Part shown: positions 51,523-60,043 of the stretch, piece by piece
Layout of the letters: the number at the start of each line of letters is the position of its first letter
How positions within the stretch are numbered: the stretch's first letter is position 1
DNA from: Eledone cirrhosa
Lineage: Eukaryota
Direction: 5' to 3'
Assembly (NCBI GenBank): GCA_964016885.1
Contig: OZ024751.1
Span: 53,010,001 to 53,074,000, forward strand
Length of the DNA stretch: 64,000 bases
Notes under the pieces: generated by a model
Seen by the model: the letters and a program-made list of their open reading frames with translations, nothing else
Told to the model about the DNA's origin: nothing
The model's database searches: none
Program-made: the position numbers and the translations under genes

Positions 51523-51843
51523 TAACCCTCTCCTTACTCTGTTTCTAATGAAAGACATTGCCTAGGGTTTCCAAATTATTTTGAAAATAGTCAAGAATTT
51601 AGAGGAATTTATATTTCATATGGTTTTACATATGATATTACATCTGATACTTCATAACCATAGGCAATAAAGTTTGAATATTAGTTGTTAAATGTCTTGA
51701 TGTTGCCACCTTCAGTATTTTCATTTCCACAGCTTTTCAAATTTTTGTTTTTAACATTTAGGTATCCTGTCCCCCTCACTCCTATTCTGACCCTGGTTTT
51801 TTAATATTAAATCTCTTTGATTATACACCAGTAAATAGGGTTA
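51523..51843. mobile_element. Degenerate MITE with TAACCCT...AGGGTTA ends (piggyBac-like termini), overlapping the last satellite monomer
   Basis: 51524-51600 aligns without gaps (64/77 by hand) to the reverse complement of 61315-61391. Left end TAACCCT at 51523, candidate right end AGGGTTA at 51837-51843. The flanks CTAA/TTAT are each one change from TTAA. Confidence 0.6.
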
Positions 51844-52047
51844 TTATATATATATATATATAAATTTTTTAAAAAAATGTGTTAAATTTCTAAAAGGCTT
51901 TGGATTTTCTTTACATACATATTAATGCTCGGTGATGCAGGTTATTTTCCAATCTTTTAGATTTACCTCCCTGGCTTTACCTTGGTTTTATTTGATCTGT
52001 ATGGTTAATAATCATAACAACATGTTAAGCTTCACAACATCTTGTTT

Positions 52048-52300
52048 AATAATAATAATATTGTGTACAGTGCTCAGGTGCACTACAACTCATCAAAAGT
52101 GTATGTATAGTACATAGGGTAATGTACAAACGTCAGGAAAATGAACAGTGCATGAGTCATAATATACACATGTGTATGGAAGGGGGACATCAGGTGTAGT
52201 TTTGGCGGTTTTCGGGAAGCATGAGGGTTTTAAAGGATGCAGTGTCTCGGCAGCTAACAACTGACACGGGCAGTTTGTTCCATGCTTCAGGAACTCTAAT
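52048..52300 (-). mobile_element. 3' fragment of a CR1/L2-group LINE
   Basis: The minus strand translates IRVPEAWNKLPVSVVSCRDTASFKTLM, the RV..WN.LP..VV....FK C-terminal signature of CR1-group ORF2. It is followed by a short 3' UTR and an (ATT)n tail at 52048-52060. Confidence 0.8.
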
Positions 52301-52358
52301 TCAAAATTAAGTGGATATTTCCATTTGTAAATCTTTGTGTGTGTATATATATATATAA

Positions 52359-53654
52359 TTCCTTGTGAGGCAATTACAGGAAAAGTACCTAGCTAAAAGT
52401 AAGCCACTCTACTTGGCATTTGTCGACCTTGAGAAAGCCTTTGACAGAGTTCCACGTGCAGTAATCTGGTGGGCTCTTAGAAAACTAGGAGTAGATGAAT
52501 GGCTTGTGAAAGCGGTACAAGCCATGTATAGGGGAGCAGTCAGCAAAGTTAGGATTGGCAATGAGTATAGCGAGGAATTTAGCGTACAGGTTGGGGTCCA
52601 CCAGGGCTCTGTTCTTAGCCCTCTCCTGTTCATCATAGTCCTGCAGGCAATAACGGAGGAGTTTAAGACCGGATGCCCATGGGAACTCCTGTATGCTGAT
52701 GACCTCGCACTCATAGCTGAATCTATGGTAGAACTAGAGAATAAATTCCAAACCTGGAAGCAGGGACTAGAGAGAAAGGGCCTCAAAGTCAACATGACAA
52801 AGACTAAGGTCCTTATAAGTAGACGAGAAAACAGAACCCAGATCCCCTCAGGGAAATGGCCTTGCTCAGTATGTAGGAAAGGTGTAGGTAGGAACTCCAT
52901 TCTTTGCCCCAAATGCAAACAATGGGTACACAAGAGATGTAGCGGGATCTCAGGAAGCTTAATTAAGAATGTAGGATTCACATGCAGCAGCTGTGCTGAA
53001 ACAGCAAGCAAACAGCCACAGGAAACAAGTACCACCAATCTCTGGGAGGGCCCTGTAGAAACAGTAGACAGCTTCTGCTACCTAGGTGACCGAATTAGCA
53101 ACGGAGGTGGGTGCTCAGAAAGTACAATAACTAGGGTAAGAACGGGATGGAAGAAGTTTAGGGAACTACTACCACTGCTAGCTGCAAAAGGCTTCTCCCT
53201 CAGAATGAAAGGCAGACTGTATGATGCGTGTATCCGAACAGCGATGTTGCATGGTAGTGAGACCTGGGCGCTGAAGGTGGAAGACTTACGTAGATTAGAG
53301 AGAAACGAAGCCTGCATGCTCCGATGGATGTGTAACAGTAATATACGTGAACGACAAAGCATAAATGAATTGAGAGAGAGACTGAGCATAAGAGGAATCA
53401 AATGCTGCGTGCAGGAGAGGCGGTTACGCTGGTATGGACATGTGATGCGTATGAAGGATGACAGCTGCATAAAAAGGTGCAGAGCACTAGAAGTTGATGG
53501 AAACCGCGGAGTGGGGAGACCCAAGATGACTTGGGATGAGGTGATAAAAGCCGACCTTACCCAACTACACCTCTCAAAGTCAATGACACACGACCGTGAC
53601 TTCTGGCGTCACGCAGTAATACAGGGTACCCGACCTCCCATGGGTACATGCTGA
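52359..53654 (+). pseudogene. Truncated RTE reverse transcriptase ORF with internal PHD finger
   Basis: Motifs FVDLEKAFDRV, GVHQGSVLSPLLF, YADD, FCYLG, HGSETW, RRLRWYGHV and GRP..TW. No endonuclease or N-terminal RT; the GTG start in the track is internal. Confidence 0.93.
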
Positions 53655-53961
53655 AGCATATAAACAATATGCCCCCCCCCCCCCACCGCAAGGTGGTCGT
53701 GGAGGTGCCACGGCAAAAAAGCACCCAGCCCACACTGTAAAGTGGACGTGTAGGCGCCACGAAAAAGCACCCAGCACTCACTGTAAATGAGGTTGGTGTT
53801 AGGAAGGGCATCCAGCTGTAGAAATCAAGCCAGATCAGTTCCTGTATGAGCAAGGCATGGTCAGCCGACCAGACACTGCCCACAACAGGACAACCCGTCT
53901 AACCCATGCTAGCGTGGAAGAACGGACGTAAAACGGTGATGATGATGATGATGATGATGAT
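52359..53961 (+). mobile_element. 5'-truncated RTE-clade LINE, subfamily A
   Basis: RT ORF to the stop at 53654, ~280-bp 3' UTR and (GAT)n tail. The 5' end abuts a (TA)n tract. Confidence 0.95.
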
Positions 53962-54227
53962 ATATCAAAAGTATTAATAAATGGAAACTATCTTTATAAA
54001 ACCATATTTATTTTATTATATATATTTCAAGAGTACCAAAATTTTTGGTACGTTCTCATCAGATAAAATATAAAAGTTGTTTTACAGATAGTGACATATT
54101 CAAAACAAGAACATATCGTTTTAATTTCTGTTTGAATAGAAGAATACTGTAGAGTGCTTATAATCTGTTATAAACTAATTTTGTTGAATAACCAACAAAT
54201 TAAATAACTCATTGCTTATATATATAT

Positions 54228-55228
54228 CTAGCTCTTTCAATTGCACAGATGGTTCTATAGAAATAGTGGACAGCTTCCGTTACCTGGGTGACAAAATTAG
54301 CAGTGGGGGAGGGTGCTCTGAAAGTACAGTAGCTAGAGTCAGAACTGGATGGAAAAAGTTCAGAGAGCTTATACCACTATTAGCTGCTAAAGGGTTCTCC
54401 CTAAAAATGAAAGGCAGGCTGTATGATGCCTGCATACGAGCAGCAATGTTTCATGGCAGTGAGACCTGGGCATTGTGTGCAGAGGATATACGCAGACTAG
54501 AGAGCAACGAAGCTTGCATGCTCCGCTGGATATGTAATAGTAATATACGTGAACGGCAAAGCATAAACAAACTAAGGGAAAAATTAAAAATAAGAGGGAT
54601 CAGATGTTGTTTACTCGAGAGAAGGCTACGTTGGTATGGTCACGTGATGCGCATGAAAGACGACAGCTGTATAAAAAAGTGAAGGGCAATAAAAATAGAT
54701 GGTAGCCACGGAGTAGGCAGACCCAGAAAAACCTGGGACGACTTGATAAATTCCGACCTCACACACACCTCTCCAAGACAATGTCACTGGACCGAGATCT
54801 TTGGTGCTACACAGTAATAGAGAAGACCCGCCTTACCTAAATACAAAGTAAAACCTACTACAGTCAGTAGGCACCTCTAACAAAATACACCCCCGTCCCA
54901 CTACCCCCACCCCATCCACACCGCCCCTTTCAATGTAAAGTTACGTTGGTGCCACAACATCCAGGCCGAAACAAATGAGATCGTGTAGGCGTCACGACAA
55001 AAAAAGACACAGTCCACGCTGTAATGTGGCCGTGTAGGTAACACGGTAAAAACCTCCCAGTTCCACACTGTAAATGTGGTTGGCGTTAGGAAGGGCATCC
55101 AGCCGTAGAAAACCCGCCAGACAGTCCTATGCGAGCAAGACAACCACTCTTGCCTCAAGTGGGAAAACTCCCATCCAAACCCATGCAAGCGTGGAATATG
55201 GACGTTAAACGATGATGATGATGATGAT
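54228..55228 (+). mobile_element. 5'-truncated RTE LINE, subfamily B (short copy, disabled)
   Basis: Near-identical to 59029-60038. TGC>TGA stop at 54680-54682, 4-bp deletion near 54765, (GAT)n tail. Confidence 0.95.
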
Positions 55229-55535
55229 AAAAATAAGGTCATAGTGTAATAGTTGACTATTTTCATTGGTAAGATGAGTTAAGCTCAACACAGATTTTTA
55301 CCCTTCTCTCTTTTTTCTCCACAATTGGTGAAATATTCTAGTTGTGTTGAAATGACCGTAGATGTATAAATAATAACAAATTGAGATGACAAAGTAGATT
55401 TCTTAAACCATTTAATAAACTGTTTACAAATGTTTCAATACAACTTATTCAACTAATGCTTATGTTATTACAATTTAATAAAAGAGGGGAAAATATATTA
55501 AGTATAATAAAGCATCATTAGATATTGCATGTGTG

Positions 55536-55564
55536 CACACACACACACACATACACACATACAT
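55536..55564. repeat. (CA)n microsatellite
   Basis: CACACACACACACACATACACACATACAT. Confidence 0.8.
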
Positions 55565-56257
55565 ATGTCTTTGCCGAAGTGTCTTTTTCAGCAGGTATTC
55601 ACTTTCATTTCAATGACCCCTGAATCACAACTCATGGAAATACATTTGTAGAACCTTGTTTCAGTGTATCTTATTTAGTGTTGTAAACTATTGGCGATGC
55701 TGCATAATCTAAAGAAAAGTTATTTGAGTGTTGGACAATACAAGTGATTTTAGTCCTTCACTCAGCTAACTTCAGCTGACAGCACCTGAAATGGGTTCCT
55801 ATCCTGACATATCCTTCCCCTGTTGACTTGAAAATGCTAGATTAGTTTTAGGCCTTTGTTCAAAATCTCTACCGAAGCAACGAGCAGATACCTGGCCTGG
55901 AAGCAGACCTTTGACAGAACTTGCAACCTTGTGGAATGGGGATCTCTTATCACCCAGCTGCATGGGGAGCAAAAGGAACTAAAAAAGAAGAAGCATTAAT
56001 TACACCTAGAATACGCTAAAAAAAACAAAACCTACCCTAACACACCACTTAAAAAGGTGAATTGTTAATTTGTTATGAGCTCCATTTATTGTCATCATCA
56101 CACTAGATTATTTTTTTGAAAAAGGGGTCCTAACCCCTAAAGATCATGAAATATAATGTTAAACTGTTGTTTTGGTTTGTTTGTCTTTATTATATTCTTG
56201 TTTTCACTCTTTTATTTATAACTTCCTCCATGCTCTTCCTCTACTGTGTCTTCCTTC

Positions 56258-56443
56258 CACTGGAAGACGTAGTAAAGGAAGACCTTGGAATACATGGGCG
56301 GAGGTGATGAGCGCTGACCTCAGATCGTTGAAGCTCACAGAGTTGATGACGAAGGACCTTGACAAATGGAGAGATGCTGTGCTGAAGAGGACCCATCCCA
56401 CCCTTGTCAGCAGGGAAAAGCGGTCGTAAAATGATGATGATAA
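56258..56443 (+). mobile_element. 3' fragment of a third RTE subfamily with almost no 3' UTR
   Basis: Translates GRRSKGRPWNTWAEVMSADLRSLKLTELMTKDLDKWRDAVLKRT, homologous to the C-termini of the other RTE ORFs. Ends GGTCGTAAAATGATGATGAT. Confidence 0.85.
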
Positions 56444-56616
56444 TATATTGGATTTCTCCAAAGAAACTTGAGACATTCCACCAAGGCAGGGGTGTAGAGT
56501 CTGCTGCCCCACTTTCCCATGCTTCATCATTATTAATTTTTTTTCTTCTTGTTTTTTATGTATTTTGTGACAATATTTTAAATACTTCCTTTAACTTGTG
56601 TATTTCTCTCTTCTAG

Positions 56617-56785
56617 GACGTGCTCCTGAATACCGGCCAATGTCATCCCCGCCATCTGAAGCCCCCCCAAGTCCATCCCATAAACACAGGGGACACTGGG
56701 TAAAGCAACCTCGACCCCAATTACCTAGACAGATCAGTGACAAATCGGAGACCTTTGACCCCACGGCTCCATTGACGAAGCAAAA
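56617..56785 (+). CDS. SHB/SHD/SHE/SHF-family SH2 adaptor, internal exon (Pro/Ser-rich linker before the SH2 domain)
   Basis: Acceptor TTTCTCTCTTCTAG, donor AA|GTATTT. Encodes RAPEYRPMSSPPSEAPPSP...ETFDPTAPLTKQ(K). DP..PL..Q immediately before WYHG is typical of SHB-family proteins, and the phase joins the 61572 exon in frame. Confidence 0.85.
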
Positions 56786-57002
56786 GTATTTTAGTTTTAT
56801 TTTATCATTTTTCTCTCTGATTTATTGTATTTCACTATAAAAGTGGTTGTTTCTAATTTTTTAAATGTTGTTATATATTATAAATATATTATTGTAAACA
56901 ATAACAACATTGGTTATAACTTTCCAATAAGCCACTCACTTGTTCAATATATTTCTCGTGGTTAAAGTAATAGTGGAGTGTCATATATTTATATGTATGT
57001 AG

Positions 57003-57112
57003 AGGTGCGTGGCTGAGTGGCTAGAGAATTGGATTCACAATCGAGGTTGTGAGATCGATTCCCGAGCGATGCGTTATGTCCTTGAGCAAAACGCTTTATT
57101 TCATGTTGCTCA
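57003..57112 (+). mobile_element. Degenerate tRNA-derived SINE
   Basis: A-box TGGCTGAGTGG (57010-57020), B-box-like GAGATCGATTCCC (57051-57063), then a CORE-like GTCCTTGAGCAAAACGCTTTATTTC segment. Confidence 0.65.
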
Positions 57113-57239
57113 TTCTACCTGGATTTGCGACTGGTAGATAGTATCAGCAATTGGAAAGGAACATTGTTTCCTTGTTAAGCGAGTGAGGTCTGGGATCTTG
57201 TAGATTGACTGTTCATTTATATATATATGTATATATATT

Positions 57240-59645
57240 TATATCCTTACCAGAAGACGTGACAGAGTGTCTGTTGTAAACACTAAATCCCTCCCCATGA
57301 AGAATGCACCTCCCAACATACTCATAATTAGCGACCTCATAGTCAGGACGAGACGTACTCAACAGCAGAAGAGGACTATCCTCAGGAGAAAAATATGGAA
57401 GCTAAAGGAAACCACACCCAGAAATAAATTTAAAAGCATATTACTTGATGCTTTCGACAGTAAGGAAGAGCATTTAGAGTCGTACAATATAGAGGAACAG
57501 TGGGAATTCCTGAAAGCAAACCTGCTGATGGCGGCAGACGAAGTCTGTGGCTGGAGCAGGCCTATAGGCATGAAGAGAGTAACATGGTGGTGGAACAGTA
57601 AGGTGGAGGAGTCAATTAAGGCCAAAAAGCAGGCTTGGAAAGTATGGCGGGATGGGCGAAGTAGAGAAGACTATCAAGTGGCCAGGAGGGAAGCTAGGAG
57701 ACAAGTGTACTTCGCAAGAAGGGAAGCAGAGGAAAGAAAGTTCAAGCATGTTCTACAACGCGAGGACCAAAAACGTGAGGTGTTCAGGATTGCTAGGCAA
57801 TGTGTCAAGGAAAACCGTGATATTGTCGGGGAGATTTGTGTACTTAATGATGATGGTGTACTTGCCATCACTGACGCTGATAAGAAGGTAGCTTGGAAGT
57901 GTCACTACGAAAGGTTACTAAATGAGGAGAATAAATGGGAGAAAGACAGTCTCCCCCACATCGACCCAATAGAGGGACCAGCAGTGTTAGTTGAAGGTAG
58001 TATAATAAGTAAGGCAATCAAAGATATGAAGACGAGTAAGGCGGCTGGGCCTTCGGAAATAGTTGCTGAGATGCTGAAAGCCTCTGGAACGGTGGGACAC
58101 ACCATGGTCACCCAGATAGTAAACCAAGTCATACAGAATGGGGTTGTTCCGAAGGACTGGTGTAGCAGCATCATCATTAACTGTTACAAGGGTAAAGGAG
58201 ATGCCCTAGATAGGAGTAACTATAGAGGCATTAAATTAATCGACCAGGTCATGAAGGTCACGGAAAAAGTAATAGCGCAACTAATCAGAGAGAGAATTGA
58301 TCTAGATGAAATGCAGTTCGAGTTTGTGTCAGGCAAAAGTACCACAGACGCTCTTTTCATTGTACGACAACTACAGGAGAAGTACCTAGCTAAAAGTAAA
58401 CCCCTATACTTAGCCTTTGTTGACTTGGAGAAAGCCTTCGACAGAGTCCCCCGTTCCATTATCTGGTGGGCTCTTAGAAAACTAGGTTTTGATAAATGGC
58501 TTGTGAGAGCTATACAAGCCATGTATAAAGAAACAGTGAGCAAGGTTAGAATTAACAACGAATATAGTGAAGAGTTTAGCGTAAAAGTTGGTGTTCATCA
58601 GGGCTCCGTTCTTAGCCCCCTACTATTTATTATTGCCCTTCAGGCTATAACAGTGGAGTTCAAGACCGGCTGCCCATGGGAACTCCTATACGCAGATGAT
58701 CTAACGCTCATAGCTGAATCAATGGCCGAGCTAGAGAAGAAATTCCAAACATGGAAGCACGGCCTAGAATCAAAAGGCCTTAAAATTAACCTGGCTAAGA
58801 CTAAAGTTCTAGTTTGTAGGAAAGAAAATAGGGCGCCGGTCCCTTCCGGGAAATGGCCATGCTCAGTGTGTAGGAAAGGCGTAGGTAGAAACTCCATTTT
58901 ATGTCCCAAATGCAAAGTATGTGTGCATAAAAGATGTAGTGGGATCACAGGTAAGCTAACTAAGAACATAGATTTTACATGTGGCCGGTGCTCTGGTGCA
59001 ATAAGTAGCAGCAAGTGCCCACAAAATACTAGCTCTTTCAATTGCACAGAGGGTTCTATAGAAATAGTGGACAGCTTCCATTACCTGGGTGACAAAATCA
59101 GCAGTGGGGGAGGGTGCTCTGAAAGTACAGTAGCTAGAGTCAGAACTGGATGGAAAAAGTTCAGAGAGCTTATACCACTATTAGCCGCTAAAGGGTTCTC
59201 CCTAAAAATGAAAGGCAGGCTGTATGATGCCTGCATACGAACAGCAATGTTGCATGGCAGTGAGACCTGGGCATTGTGTGCAGAGGATATACGCAGACTA
59301 GAGAGGAACGAAGCTTGCATGCTCCGCTGGATGTGTAATAGTAATATACGTGAACGGCAAAGCATTAACGAACTAAGGGAAAAATTAGAAATAAGAGGGA
59401 TCAGATGTTGTTTACTCGAGAGAAGGCTACGTTGGTATGGTCACGTGATGCGCATGAAAGACGACAGCTGTATAAAAAAGTGCAGGGCAATAAAAATAGA
59501 CGGTAGCCACGGAGTAGGCAGACCCAGAAAAACCTGGGACGACTTGATAAATTCCGACCTCACACACTTACACCTCTCCAAGACAATGTCACTGGACCGA
59601 GATCTTTGGCGGTACTCAGTAATAGAGAAGACCCGCTTTACCTAA
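57240..59645 (+). pseudogene. RTE ORF (endonuclease C-terminal remnant + RT with internal PHD finger), ~800 codons open
   Basis: Motifs KAAGPS, YKGKGD...NYRGIKL, QFEF (family consensus QFGF), FVDLEKAFDRV, GVHQGSVLSPLLF and YADD. Most of the endonuclease is missing, so the copy is not autonomous. Confidence 0.93.
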
Positions 59646-60038
59646 ATACAAAGTAAAACCTACTACAGTCAGTAGGCACCTCTAACAAAATACACCCCCG
59701 TCCCACTACCCCCACCCCATCCACACCGCCCCTTTCAATGTAAAGTTATGTTGGTACCACAACATCCAGGCCGAAACAAATGAGGTCGTGTAGGTGTCAC
59801 GACAAAAAAAAACACACAGTCCACGCTGTAATGTGGCCGTGTAGGTAACACGTTAAAAACCTCCCAGTTCAACACTGTAAATGTGGTTGGTGTTAGGAAG
59901 GGCATCCAGCCGTAGAAAACCCGCCAGACAGTCCTATGCGAGCAAGACAACCACTCTTGCCTCAAGTGGGATAACTCCCGTTCAAACCCATGTAAGCGTG
60001 GAATATGGACGTTAAACGATGATGATGATAATGATGAT
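57240..60038 (+). mobile_element. 5'-truncated RTE-clade LINE, subfamily B (2.8 kb), intronic in the SH2 adaptor gene
   Basis: Starts in the last motif of the AP endonuclease (YILTRRRDR...QH..IISDL). Continues through the linker (WWWN), the full RT, the 3' UTR and a (GAT)n tail. Confidence 0.96.
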
Positions 60039-60043
60039 TTATA

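Larger units (their letters stand above)
1..51543. repeat. Satellite array, 55-bp and 52-bp monomers, about 960 copies, open at the left edge of the window
   Basis: Consensus ACCAGTGATATAACTTCCACATCTAACCTTCTCCTTACTCTGTCAACTAACATAC repeats head to tail (first period 1 to 56). The 52-bp forms lack 3 nt in the CTTCTCCTT tract. Only 3 G per 55 nt on the + strand, no ORF in the track, no insertions or inversions seen. Copy number is length divided by ~53.5. Confidence 0.99.

Noticed and set aside
1-51543. CRISPR array
   Set aside because: Monomers abut directly with no unique spacers, there are no cas genes, and the context is eukaryotic with spliceosomal exons.
1-51543. Mucin-like coding repeat (one frame reads TSDITSTSNLLLTLSTNI and the common indel is 3 nt)
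   Set aside because: Monomers are 55 or 52 nt (3n+1), so the frame shifts into CAC CAG TGA at the next unit. There is no long ORF on either strand, and the 3-nt indel is explained by slippage in CTT/CTC repeats.
1-51543. Telomeric or interstitial telomeric repeat (CTAACC in each monomer)
   Set aside because: Only one isolated hexamer per monomer and no tandem (CCCTAA)n.
55850-56020. Possible additional upstream exon of the SH2 adaptor
   Set aside because: Slightly GC-richer, but no clear acceptor/donor pair in the required phase and no SHB-type Y..PW motif.
52409-59365. Minus-strand ORFs over the RTE copies (52409-53038, 53078-53524, 58220-58558, 58640-59047, 59081-59365 and others)
   Set aside because: Antisense shadows of the RT ORFs with no recognisable motifs.
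57267-59645. Intact autonomous LINE or domesticated RT gene
   Set aside because: The endonuclease is almost wholly missing, the 5' end is truncated at a TA tract, the GTG start is internal, and it carries a QFGF>QFEF change and compensating frameshifts.
52365-59645. Prokaryotic RT system (retron, DGR, group II intron) paired with the repeat array
   Set aside because: The RT motifs, endonuclease remnant, 5' truncation and (GAT)n tails are those of RTE non-LTR retrotransposons. No sequence link between the RTEs and the satellite was seen.
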